This document shows positions 1 to 11,377 of a stretch of DNA of 64,000 bases, one piece after another; the stretch's first letter is position 1, and each line of letters starts with the position of its first letter. The notes beneath the pieces were generated by a model. The model ran no database searches. It was not told where the DNA came from and saw only the letters and a program-made list of their open reading frames with translations. Source of the stretch: Histomonas meleagridis 2922-C6/04-290x (Eukaryota; Protista; Parabasalia); assembly GCA_020184695.1 (NCBI GenBank), contig JAANOX010000007.1:90247-154246 (forward strand). Direction: 5' to 3'. The position numbers and the translations under genes were made by a program.

Positions 1-486
1 GAGGTAATCTTCGTGTTTAGATTTATCGCCACAATTTCGACATGTATTGGTGGAATAAGTTCCATGACATTCAACTAATTTATCTTCAGAAACTCCTGCT
101 TTCCGATCGAGGCCATCTACATTTTGCGTGTAAAGTCGTAAAAGAAGATCATGCCTGTCAAATAATGTTGCCATGTAATGTGGTGCAACGGGTTTAAAGT
201 CTCCACTAAGAAAAGGTTGCTTAATTTCAAAAAACGGTGCTGGATTATTGTCAAAATAATCAATAGAGAATGGTGCTTCGGGATATGGCAAATTATATTT
301 TTCAAGATTTGAATAAACGCCTGTGCCAGGTGACCTAAAGTCAGGGATTCCTGCGGCAACAGAAGCACCAGCGCCTGTTAGAAAAACAGTATTTTGAGCA
401 AATCCATTTTTGATATAAGAAATAAGACCATCAAAATCTAACGAACTCAACCCTTTGATAAGTTTTGGTTTCATTGGGTGAGTCAT
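1..486 (-). CDS. SIR2: NAD-dependent deacetylase, Sir2/sirtuin class I (5' part; runs off the window edge, so absent from the ORF track)
   Basis: Manual translation from ATG at 486: MTHPMKPK...TGAGASVAAGIPDFRSPGTG...YTQNVDGLD...VECHGTYSTNTCRNC. Sirtuin GAGxS/GIPDFR, TQNxDGL, HG and zinc-finger Cys motifs. Confidence 0.93.
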   Translation of the reverse strand, partial: MTHPMKPKLIKGLSSLDFDGLISYIKNGFAQNTVFLTGAGASVAAGIPDFRSPGTGVYSNLEKYNLPYPEAPFSIDYFDNNPAPFFEIKQPFLSGDFKPVAPHYMATLFDRHDLLLRLYTQNVDGLDRKAGVSEDKLVECHGTYSTNTCRNCGDKSKHEDYL

Positions 487-791
487 TTTTGGAGAGACTT
501 TGGTGTAATTAAACATGAATGTTTGCTTTGTTACCAAAGATATAAAAATCGGTTATTTTGTATGGAAATTATTCGGCGTTTCTAAACTTTTGATCATTTC
601 GTGTATGAGAAGTATACAAGTGTTTAATACTCATGAATATTTTGTGTTATATGTACAATAAGTAATAAAGATAGTAAATATTATTTATTTGTTAGCAAAA
701 TACAACTTCATGTAATTCTGAATATATCATTAGACTATAAGAAGATATAATAATAATTCAGAACATTTAAATTAAATCAATCTGATTAGAC

Positions 792-1967
792 ATGTCTAAA
801 GCGAAAAAGAAAATTTTATTTCAACGGCAAAAAATTATATTTTATTCACCTGAAACATTTTTTTTGATGTCGTTTCTTTTTAATCGTCTCGAAAAAGAAA
901 TAACCAACGAAAAGAAGCCTATTCCCGATCTCCACGGTGTTCCATTTGGTTCAATTTTCACTGATCATATGCTCATTGCCACATACGACCACGAGTGGAA
1001 ATCAATAAAAATAGTACCATTTTCAAACATTTCTTTACCTCCGCAAGCTTCAATTTTCCACTATGGCACTGGAATCTTTGAGGGTCTAAAAGCGTTTCGT
1101 GATTTGCAAGGCAAAGTCCGTCTTTTCCGACCTGACATGAATTGCGTTCGCTTTGCTAACAGCGCGAAACGAATGGCTCTTCCAGCGCCTGATCCTGACG
1201 AATTAATGAAGTGCATTATTGAACTTGTGCGCGTTGATGAACGTTGGGTTCCATATGAAGAAGGATACTCGCTTTACATTCGCCCAACAATGATTGGGAC
1301 AACGCCATCACTTGGACTGAAGAAATGCGACCAATGCCTTCTGTACATCATCTTATCTCCTGTCGGGCATTATTACACAACAGGTTTCAAGCCAATTTCG
1401 CTCTGGGCATGCAATGAGTATTGTCGCGCTTGGCCAGGAGGTACAGGTAACTTCAAAGTCGCACCAAACTATGGTATAACTGTTATGCCTGGAGAAATTG
1501 CGCATGAAAAGAATTGCCAGCAAGTGCTTTGGTTGTATGGGAAAGAAGAATATATTACAGAAGTCGGATCGATGAACATTATGGGAGTTTGGATAAACGA
1601 AAATGGTGAAAAGGAACTCGTAACAGCACCGGTTTCGAAACATCTCATTCTTCCAGGTGTTACAAGGGATTCAGTTCTGGAGTTGGCGCGTATGGAAAAG
1701 GACATAAAAGTTAGCGAAGAAGAATGGAAAATAGGTGACTTAATTAAGGCGCTAAATGAAAAGAGAGTACTTGAAGTATTTGGTACTGGAACTGCTGCAA
1801 TTATTTCACCTGTAAATAAGATTATCTATAACGATAAATGTTATGATATCCCAGTGGATTTGGATAATCCAAATGCAACAATTGGGCCATTTGCTCATAT
1901 GATTTATGATAAACTTCGCAACATACAATATGGTGTTGTGAATCATAAATGGTCTGTGCTTATTTAA
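792..1967 (+). CDS. BCAT: Branched-chain amino acid aminotransferase (class IV PLP enzyme); likely true start ATG 867
   Basis: FGSIFTDHML, FHYGTGIFEGLKAF, LFRPDMNCVRF, YIRPT, FKVAPNY (PLP Lys), EVGSMN, ILPGVTRDS and FGTGTAA motifs. Confidence 0.95.
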   Translation: MSKAKKKILFQRQKIIFYSPETFFLMSFLFNRLEKEITNEKKPIPDLHGVPFGSIFTDHMLIATYDHEWKSIKIVPFSNISLPPQASIFHYGTGIFEGLKAFRDLQGKVRLFRPDMNCVRFANSAKRMALPAPDPDELMKCIIELVRVDERWVPYEEGYSLYIRPTMIGTTPSLGLKKCDQCLLYIILSPVGHYYTTGFKPISLWACNEYCRAWPGGTGNFKVAPNYGITVMPGEIAHEKNCQQVLWLYGKEEYITEVGSMNIMGVWINENGEKELVTAPVSKHLILPGVTRDSVLELARMEKDIKVSEEEWKIGDLIKALNEKRVLEVFGTGTAAIISPVNKIIYNDKCYDIPVDLDNPNATIGPFAHMIYDKLRNIQYGVVNHKWSVLI

Positions 1968-2255
1968 ATAATTAAGTTTACTAGAATAAGAAGAGTAAAA
2001 CTCGTTTTGAGCACTGTAAAATTGAATTGTTTATGATCGTTTCATTGTTTTTGAAAACATGAAGTGACTTAACGTTCCCCATATTTAAAACAAATTTATC
2101 TTTATTCCAAATATGTTATTTGAGTTTATACAAAATATTTGCATCAACATACATTACATATTGTTATATTCATATTTATATCGAATTTTATAGGACAAAT
2201 GATAAGAAATTTGGATTTTTTGTTTAAAGCGTCAGTTTTTTACTTCACCTAAGCC

Positions 2256-2307
2256 ATTTCTATTTGAAATCAAAAATGCCAGATTTCTATCTGAAATCAA
2301 AAATGCC
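2256..2307 (+). repeat. Two-copy 25-nt direct repeat upstream of ankyrin gene A
   Basis: ATTTCTAT(T/C)TGAAATCAAAAATGCC at 2256-2280 and 2283-2307. Confidence 0.85.
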
Positions 2308-2336
2308 TTTTTAGTGAATTCACTAAAATACTTTTT

Positions 2337-4133
2337 ATGGATATTCCTCCGCCACCACCACCACCAAGCCCATTAGTTTTACAGCTTGTTCCTGATGAAG
2401 CGATTAAAATTGAAAAGTTGTTTTTAGAATTAAATGAAAATAATCTCGAAATAATTTCTCACAAAGTTTCAAAAGTATTAGAAGTTCAGCCAAAATGTTC
2501 TCTACTTTATGAGTTTTATATCACACAGTGTATTTATATGTCTTATTCTACACAAAATAAAGATGCAAGTCTATACATTTTATTTTTAAATTTGTTATCA
2601 AACACAAAAAATTTAAGTTTTTCAAAATTGCTTAATGTGTTAACTATTTATCTTTACCAAATAAAGACAAATGAATCAGAATGTCTTCTTAACGAAATGA
2701 ACAAACAAAAAATGATACCTTCAAATCTTTTTTATTATGTGAAAAGAATTGTAAATAAAGAAAACCAAGAAAATCAAAAAGAAAATCATATATTGGAGAT
2801 TCTTCGAAATGATAATATTGAAGAATTACAAGAAATGTCAGCACAAAATAAATTTGATTTTAATCAAACAATTGAACCATCACCTTCTGAAAAAAGTTCA
2901 TTTGTTAATCATAAAAATGTTTCATTAATTGATTATGCAGCATTTTTTAAATCAATTAAATGTTTTAAGTTTTTATTAATTAATGGATCAAATGTTGAAA
3001 ATACATTAAAATATGCAATTGCAGGCGGAAATTTAGAAATTATCCATTTATGCATACAAAATAATTCGACAATTAGCAATGTATTAGAAACAGCAATTCA
3101 ATTTCATCGAAATGACGTTTTTTATTATTTTTATGATGAAAGAAACCAAAGATTTGTAGAAAGAAAATACTTCATCATTGATAAAGATTTAAATAAATTA
3201 GGAATACAATGTTTAAAATACATCAACTATGAAATTTTATCGTTTCTAGCGAAAGAAGGTTTATCAAAATTAAGTCTTTCACTTCAAGCTGCAGTAATAA
3301 GTTTTAATAATCTTCCATTTATACATTTATTTTTTGAAGGAAAACTTATCAAAAACGAACTTTTTTTTGATCTGCTTAATAATGGAAACCCTATAGTAGT
3401 AAAATGGCTTATTAAACAAAAAGGAATTAAGATTGAAAATGAAGATGTTAAATTATATGATTGTATGTGATTAATATTTATTTGAAATTTTTCTGAATTT
3501 TTTGAAAAAACATTTTTTTGGGCATCAAAGAATAATCATGTACAATTATTTAAACACTTTTTAAAACATGGAATTGATATTAATGCTAAAGATATTCATT
3601 TGTTTAGTTTGAAATTTAAACTAATCATTTGATATTTCAACATAATATTTGGAAATTGTTTTAATTAGATGATACAGCACTTATTTTCGCATCTGAAAAT
3701 GGTGAAATAGAAATAGTTAAATTACTTCTTGAACAAGAAGGACTCAATATTAATGCTAAAGATATTCATTTGTTTTATTTGATATTTATTTTAATAATTT
3801 CTTGTTTCAAAATAATATTTCTAGATCATGTGTAATATTTCAAACAGCGCTTATGAAGGCATCTATAAGTGGTAATTTAGAAGTAGTTAAATTACTTCTT
3901 GAACAAGAAGGAATTGATATTAATGCTAAAGATATTTATTTGTTTTATTTAGAATTTGTTTTGATAATTTAATATTTCAAAATAATATTTGGAAATTATT
4001 TAAATTATTTAAAACAGCACTCATTTTAGCATCTCAAAATGGTCATACAGAAATAGCTAAATTACTTCTTGAACAAAAAGGAATTAAGATTAGTGCTCAA
4101 GATATTTATTTATCTTGTTTATATTTATACTAA
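2337..4133 (+). CDS. Trichomonad-type (DUF3447-like) ankyrin-repeat protein, gene A, with N-terminal polyproline; C-terminal repeats interrupted by spacers
   Basis: ORF 2337-3470 with IRND..LQE..FDFNQ.IEPS / SLIDYAAFFxSIKCFK / AIAGGNLEII. Intact ankyrin modules follow at 3510-3593, 3674-3763, 3844-3933 and 4014-4103. Confidence 0.8.
3447..4013 (+). repeat. Spacer elements in gene A (63, 80, 80, 80 nt); 170-nt repeat period
   Basis: 3447-3509, 3594-3673, 3764-3843 and 3934-4013, counted from the sequence. Confidence 0.9.
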
Positions 4134-4780
4134 ACAGTCTTTAGTAAAGATATTTTTCTTTTGAATTGTTTAATAAGCTTTATCATTTAATTATTTAAAA
4201 ATTCAAATATATCGAATAACTTAAGAGAAGGCTCCCTGCTTCAAGTGTTCTATTATGCTACCAATTTATTATCATTTATCAATTTTTTTTTGTTATTTTA
4301 AAGAAACGAATGATCATGTGTAGTTTGATATAATCATTGATATGATTTTTTAAAAAATAAAAAAAAAATAATGAAAAATAATATATTTTATAAAAAAAAA
4401 TGCATGTAAAAATTATAGTTTTCAAAAATAATAGAAAATATTACAAACATGAGGTGAGCTGGTCGTTATTAGATGCAAAATACGCTCCTGTTAGCGATGT
4501 TCTTGCCAACAGCTTTGATAATACATACTTAGTGCCTAGGACGCATTCAGCAGATGTTTAGTTGAATTTGTCCACACATAAATAAAAAGGTATTACACAC
4601 TTTTACTAATCGTTAACCTCCTGAAAAATGCTGTATTTCGTTCAGATGTTTATGTTTTTTTGATTTCTTTTGTACTGTTCTCAAACCCAAACAATAATTA
4701 CAATTCCGAAATGATTCATTCACTGCATAAAAAAATGATTTTTATTAATAAAAATACCATTCCAAACAGAGAAAACGCGC

Positions 4781-6613
4781 TCACTCATTATCCTTCCCAT
4801 ACATTTCCATATTTTCTTTCAGCTTATCCTCAATGTCAGCGAATATTTTCATTCCTCGTTCGCTGAACACATATACCTCAGTCAGCAGCGGGTACACGAG
4901 TGAGCATAGTCTGCATGAAGTGCCTTCGCCCATCACTGCATCCGCAAGCGCTTCGGTGAAGTCGTCGTAGAGGCTCTGTATGTTCGGATCTATCACTGGA
5001 TCGGGGTTTTCGTACTTCTCGCAGTGCAAACTGTCGATTTCCAAATGCCTCAAACTTGTGTTCTCGTGTAACGATTCGACAATTTCTTTGGCGTCAACTG
5101 GAGTGATATAGCCCGTCATCCGTAAGTCCTCGAGAACACATTCTTGCGTTCGTAAGAGTGATGCGATGCTACTAAAAAATTGATGATGTTGATCTTCATT
5201 TAATTGATGTGTTTCAAATGAGAGAGAAATGTTCTTAAGAGGGAGAAGTGGAAGAGAGAAAATGCGGTCATAGCCTGAATCTGTGATTTTTGTTTCATAA
5301 AGATTAATTGATTCAAGTTGCGATTGAGAGATATATTGAAGAAGATATTCGACGGATTCATCAGTAATGCCATTATTATCACTTAAATCGATGCTCTTAA
5401 GGTTATGGCCGTCGATGCTGTTGATGATTTTGGATAAAATTTCATCGTCAATTTGACACTGACTCAAATTCAAAATTTCAATTTGACGGTTATTTGATGC
5501 GGTGGTGTGATTGATGATGTGGCCGATGAAGAACGCGTTGTGCACTGTGATGCTATCGCGCCATTGCATAATGGTATCTGGACTTTCATACGTGGATTCA
5601 GGAAAATGATATATCCAACAATCATTAGTTCGACCAAAATCTTTAAAACTAATTGTTAAAGGTTCTTGGCGAAGTCTTTCAAGAGTTGACTTGACTTTAT
5701 AAAGTTGATCTAGATTCATAAAGCCAAGTCGAAGATCTTCTATCGTTTGGAATTCTGATAAAGATGATAAAAAGATATCAAAATATGTTGTCCATAAGGT
5801 ATCAGGAACTTCGGGTCAAGAGATTGGAATAGGTTGGAAATTAAGGCTTTCCAAGATAAGAGTTCTTAATTTTGTTTTTGGAAGTGACGAAATAAAAGTT
5901 GGAAAATCTTTTTCAGAAACTTTACATCCACTGATACTAATGGCTTGTATGTTATCAAAATCTACCAACAAGCTAGTGAGGTTTTTTAAGTCAACCACGT
6001 TATAACTTAAATCTAATGCAGTGATAGTACTACCTCGAACAGCTTTAATGATATTATTTGTCCCTTCACTCCATATTTCATTGTCAGCGATACTGAGTAA
6101 GGTTAAGTTTGATGCTGGTATAATATTTGCAACTTCTGTTGCCCCATAATCAAATAAAGAATTTGACTCTAACCGTAAATCGGTTATTTTTGAATCCTTT
6201 GAAATTCCTTTTACAATTGAAATGCACCCTTTTGATGAAATGTCGCATCCACACAAGCTTAAGAGTTGAAGAGGTGGATTTTTCTGTAATGACTCACCAA
6301 GCTTTTGACAACTTTCGTCGTAAAAAATATTATCATCTGCATAAAATTCAAGAATTGATGAATCTCCAAGAGCTTCAAAAATTATATCAGAAGAGCGCCT
6401 AACTAAATGGGTTTCTGTAAGATTTAAGTAAAGTAAAGTCTTGCTCTCTATCATTAAGTTTGATAAAAGTTCTGCTGATTCATAATTAACATGATTTGTA
6501 GAAAGATTAATTAAAACTAGATTCGGATTTAGGCTTTTTTGAATTCGCTCAAATGTGACTGCTGCCCAAAATGATTGGTTTGAAAGATCAAATTCTTGGG
6601 AAGTAATTTCCAT
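4781..6613 (-). CDS. RNI-like leucine-rich repeat protein with one in-frame TGA (5816-5818)
   Basis: ORFs 5816-6613 and 4781-5719 are in the same frame. Linker reads IPIS*PEVPDTLWTTYFDIF...GFMNLD. LxxLxLxxNxI repeats on both sides. Confidence 0.8.
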
Positions 6614-6891
6614 TCTTCCGAATAGAACAAACTTTGTCAGCCCATAAAAGAACGTTTATTCTGCACACAATTAATAAGTACGTTAACGATTTTGCTCATT
6701 AAACTATTTCATTCTTCATAAAACTAAAATTAAACCCTTTTTCTCATTCATTTCCCAATGTTTTTCAACAATAAAACGCATTTCTGATCAATGAACCCAA
6801 AACAAATCATCAAATTGATATTATGAAATTTTATTCAAATTCAAAGAAAACAAATTCTAGGGTTTGTACTACTATAATTTATTGAACATTA

Positions 6892-8193
6892 TTAAAACAT
6901 TAGCGGATTTTCCTCCAAGTGTTCAATCCATTGAAATCTTTGTATTTCACTTTCATTTAAGAAATGATCTTCAACTTTCACCGTTTTCTTTTGTCCGCGC
7001 AAAGCGATTTTATCAGCAAATCTTATGTACGTTGGGCTTTCTTCATCGTTTATTTGTTTTTGAGATTCGAATTTCAAATTCAAAACATTCTTCAACATTT
7101 CCACTAATGATTGGGCGTATTTAATTCCATCTTCGAACAATACGAAGTAACGTTTCGATTGATCATCATCAAAAGGGTTATGATAAATATATGTGTAAAC
7201 GATTCCTTTTTCATTTTTATAATATAATGAAAAAGCGTTCACTACTTCTGTTGAAGGGTTTAACATCCAATCGTTGACGTTAATAATTTGTTTATAAATA
7301 GGTGAAAACCAACTTACGAAATTAGCTTTCGATTGATTAACATTTTGGTCGAAATATGATAACTCTTTAATTGTTTGAAGGAAATCATTTTTGTACCCAT
7401 AGCGTATGAAAAACTCAACAAAGGTATCAAATGTTAAAATATCTGATTCTTGATTTCCTAAGATATATACCAAGTTACGCTTAAGCTGCTCTTTGATTTC
7501 TTCCGTAATGGTCATCGTTTGTTTGTTTATTAAATAGGAAATAAAAAGATTTAATGATGTTTCGGGAATTGCACATATTTCCGATTTCCATGTGTTAGCA
7601 AGTGAGATAACCAGGTTAGAAAACAACTGTTGGTTTAAATGGATTTGATTAAGTGATTTAAATGAAGTATAGATTTTGCATAACGAATTTTGTATTTGTG
7701 CACAATTAATACCTGTGTTTAAGAAGGACTTAATCAGTTCTTTTGGTATGGGAAAAGGAAAGGAAATTTTTTGTGCAGGTAATGGGCATAATGATGTCGG
7801 TAAAATATTTGCACATTCGAGTGTTGTTTGTGAAGAAAAATCTAACGTTAAATGAACACGGATTTTCCAGTGGCTTATGTCTGGGATTCCTGGAAATTGT
7901 GTTCGCATCTGTGCAGTTCCATTTGGGAATATACTAAATCCATGATCTCGAAAATTTGTGTTAATAGAGTTAACTTTTAACTTCATGAGCTCACTTAAAA
8001 TTCGTGAGTTGGTGATGAAATGCTTACCATCTGCCATCCATGATCCTCCTGTTTTATTGATCAATTCAGGATGTTCTTTGGTGAAGTTAAGAATTGCAAG
8101 AATTTTCACAATAAATTTTGTCCTTGTTGTTGCGCTATCCCTTGTTACAAAAGCTTGGAGTTCTTGCAATGTTTGGGCCCACTTCATAACCAA
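6892..8193 (-). CDS. Initiator-binding-domain (IBP39/IBD family) protein
   Basis: N-terminal KFIVKILAILN...GGSWMADGKHFITN...LKVNSINTNFRDHGF resembles the trichomonad IBD winged-helix domain. Confidence 0.75.
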   Translation of the reverse strand: MVMKWAQTLQELQAFVTRDSATTRTKFIVKILAILNFTKEHPELINKTGGSWMADGKHFITNSRILSELMKLKVNSINTNFRDHGFSIFPNGTAQMRTQFPGIPDISHWKIRVHLTLDFSSQTTLECANILPTSLCPLPAQKISFPFPIPKELIKSFLNTGINCAQIQNSLCKIYTSFKSLNQIHLNQQLFSNLVISLANTWKSEICAIPETSLNLFISYLINKQTMTITEEIKEQLKRNLVYILGNQESDILTFDTFVEFFIRYGYKNDFLQTIKELSYFDQNVNQSKANFVSWFSPIYKQIINVNDWMLNPSTEVVNAFSLYYKNEKGIVYTYIYHNPFDDDQSKRYFVLFEDGIKYAQSLVEMLKNVLNLKFESQKQINDEESPTYIRFADKIALRGQKKTVKVEDHFLNESEIQRFQWIEHLEENPLMF

Positions 8194-9533
8194 TGAGAAA
8201 CCAGTTCAAATTTACCCCAAATTGGATTGAATACACTGAAAATTTGTGTTTGAATTGTGCAAAACCGTAAATTTCGCTTTAAAATTTCGATAGATTAGGA
8301 ATCGTCTCATAAAGCAGTTCCTTTTACTAGGTTGTCACGATGTATGCAATTACTCAAAAAACGAAATGGGCTACTAAAAGGCGCTAATAATGTTAAGTCA
8401 AAGCCAACAAAATCCTTGACAAAAAAACAATATATTATTCAACAAAGATGTCAAAAATTCATGAATCAATGTAATTATAGCACAGGTCTAATTAAATGAT
8501 TGATAGGTTTAGGACAAACACAAATTAATTGTTCTATTAGATGACTTTCTGTCAGATCTTTCAATTCATATATCATCATATCAATTGTTATATGTTTTTT
8601 CCAAAAAAACAAATAACATGGGCTTCAATGTAACCTTCTTTAATCAGGATGATGGGTAATTATATATACTTTTCAAATATTTATCAATAATTAAATTATA
8701 TATTTTTTCTTGTTTTATCATATAATAAACAGCTAAAACAGTTAAAAATCATTCGTAGGAAAGTAACTATAACGAAAAGAACAGCTGATTTCACTCGAAA
8801 ACAACACTTACGGAAAAGCAAAAATTCAATACATAAACGAATTTATCCTATTCAAATTTTCTGATATCAAATTTTGATTGAATAAAAATTTTTATTTTGT
8901 TGGCATTATTGCAGCTTAAATGTAACGGTAGATGCGGCCAAAGAGCATTTTAACGAAAATTATCATCAAATATTTCATAAAATTTTCAAACAAAATTTGT
9001 ATCAAAACTCCTATTACCCACTGAATAATTCTGTTTATAACCGTAGGTTCTCGACAAAAAAATCAAATTACCTCACCAAATTATTTTGATTGGCAATAAA
9101 ACAAATTTTAATCCTCCTGAACACATTTAAACGAATTACAAACACTTAACCAACCAAAGTATCATTCATAGCCGTTATTAAAATGTTGAAAATTATTCAA
9201 ACAATTTGCAAATCAAATCGTAATTTTATATGATATACATTAACTATATGCAAGACAATCCGAGTAATTTATGTTATTTTTTTGCTTTTTGTCGATAATA
9301 CAAAATATTTTATTTATATTATCAAAATGCATTTTGCACCAGCAATGACCACACAGCAAAACATACAAATTCATTTATGCATTAATATGTTCATAAAATT
9401 GTTATTCAATTTGTTGAACATATTTACTATAACAATAATTCCAAACAACGAATTTGACACTGTTGGAACAGAAACAAAAGAAAATATACTAAAAGTGATT
9501 GAAATGGTTTATTCATGTTATACAAGTTTACGT

Positions 9534-11276
9534 TTACTTACCACGTCCGAACCAAGAGCGCTTCTTCAGTTTGCTTGTTTCGTTGCTTTGTGTTTGATTC
9601 ACACTTGTGACGTTTGCATCAGTTGTGATATTTGTATCCAATGTTTTATTAGTATTTGTTTGGTTGAGTTCTGTCGTTTGATTTACGACTTCTTCTTTAA
9701 CAACAGTTTGGTTAATTGTTTCTGTAACATTTGATTCAGGAAGAATTGTTTCATTTGAAATTGTTTGATTTGATATATTAGCATCAATTGTGACATTAGG
9801 TACAGTAATTGTTTGATTATCGATAACTGTATCATTGTGAGTTGTTACATTGATTACTTCTGTTTGATTTTCAACTATTGGAATTGTTTGATTTGTTACG
9901 TTGACATCAAGAGTTACATTAGCTGGAATCGTTTCGTTAACTTCTTCTATTGTCTCATTGATAATTATCAAAGGCTTTGTTTCTGTAATATTTTCTTCGA
10001 CATAATTAGAAATATTTACAATCGCTTGTTCAACATTCTTTACGGGCTTCTTCTTAATTGGCTTTGGCTTTGGTGTCTCAATATGCCTTACTTTCTTTGA
10101 ATGAGCGCATATGTATTCCAATACTGCAGGATTTGCCACCGATACAACTTTTGACGCGTTAACCGCCAAATAACCACTTCGGATCATTTTTCCCACAATT
10201 TTTGCGTTGTTTCTAACTTTTGATATGTTTACCCAGGGAACTTCACCTTTGGACACACAAAATTGGTACCAAACTGGATGATCAGGTTTTATCATCAACT
10301 TATTCATCTCATAGTCTATTTTTTCCTTGACTATTTTCATTGAGTCTTCGAAGCTTTCATATGTTTGCATTTCTTCATATACATATGCAAGTGATCCGCC
10401 ATGTCCGCCGAACTTTTTGATGATCTCCGCTGCTTCTTGTGACGTAAATAAGCGATTAGTCACATGGACCTTTTCTAAAGTGTTTTGGATTGGAGCAGTA
10501 AATGCAAACTCAAACATTTCGCCAAGTCTTTTAGATTTAAGACTGTGAAGAGAGTTTGTAAGCTCCACAACAAAGGGAACAAACTCGGAATATTGCGCAC
10601 GATTAAGGAGGCGATGATATGTTACATTAAAAATGTGTGAACCAAGTTTGCGTCCATCAATTGTTTTAAGTTTTGGAAGTTTATCAGCATGGTATACAAA
10701 GATATATGGTTTAACTATTGGGTTGAAACGGGAAATGAGGTTAAGAAAGTCTTCTGGTTGAGTAAGAAGAGAATCAGCAGCATCTTCAATGAGATGATAA
10801 GCACGTGAAAGACTTAAATCAGTGAAAAGAGTTCGATTGGGCTTAGGGATAACAGAAAGAGATCCAAGATTTTGTACTTCACTGGGAGATAAAACTTCTG
10901 ATAATAAAGAAAGACTTTTTATAGCTGATATTTTGATGGAATCAACAACCTCTTCAACAGTGTTAGTATTTTCAACATGAACACTAATTGGAAGTCCTTT
11001 ATTGCTGATGATTTTCTTGGAAAGAATGTCTAAAAGTCGTGATTTACCTGTTTTATATGGACCAGTAACAATAAGAACATGATTTGCAGGATCTCGTGAG
11101 AGATAGTTATGTACAGAAATGTTTAAATCTCTATTCCAAATGAATGGAAAAGTTCCAGTCTGACGAACAAATTTTGGTTTCCTAAGGATAAAGTAGAGAA
11201 TGATGGCAAGAATTAAAACTATTACTGGAATAATATATCTTAATGGGCTCTTGCGTTGTTTTGTAGTTGCATCCAT
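9534..11276 (-). CDS. Membrane-anchored P-loop NTPase-like protein with a C-terminal N-glycosylation-sequon-rich tail
   Basis: TM helix YIIPVIVLILAIILYFIL; Walker A-like VLIVTGPYKTGKS; more than 20 NxT/S sequons in the last ~170 aa. Confidence 0.7.
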   Translation of the reverse strand: MDATTKQRKSPLRYIIPVIVLILAIILYFILRKPKFVRQTGTFPFIWNRDLNISVHNYLSRDPANHVLIVTGPYKTGKSRLLDILSKKIISNKGLPISVHVENTNTVEEVVDSIKISAIKSLSLLSEVLSPSEVQNLGSLSVIPKPNRTLFTDLSLSRAYHLIEDAADSLLTQPEDFLNLISRFNPIVKPYIFVYHADKLPKLKTIDGRKLGSHIFNVTYHRLLNRAQYSEFVPFVVELTNSLHSLKSKRLGEMFEFAFTAPIQNTLEKVHVTNRLFTSQEAAEIIKKFGGHGGSLAYVYEEMQTYESFEDSMKIVKEKIDYEMNKLMIKPDHPVWYQFCVSKGEVPWVNISKVRNNAKIVGKMIRSGYLAVNASKVVSVANPAVLEYICAHSKKVRHIETPKPKPIKKKPVKNVEQAIVNISNYVEENITETKPLIIINETIEEVNETIPANVTLDVNVTNQTIPIVENQTEVINVTTHNDTVIDNQTITVPNVTIDANISNQTISNETILPESNVTETINQTVVKEEVVNQTTELNQTNTNKTLDTNITTDANVTSVNQTQSNETSKLKKRSWFGRGK

Positions 11277-11377
11277 TACTTTTTTGAAGAGACCGTTAAA
11301 AATGTATTTTCAACAAATGTTCTAATAAACGGTCGATTTTTTATAACAGAAAACACGTTACGTAATCAGAAGAAAGA

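Noticed and set aside
117-368. ORF 117-368 (-) and many other short track ORFs (e.g. 1353-1643, 9282-9734, 12468-12830, 21968-22237, 25524-25979, 48112-48507)
   Set aside because: Alternative-frame or antisense shadows of real genes, or chance ORFs in AT-rich DNA.
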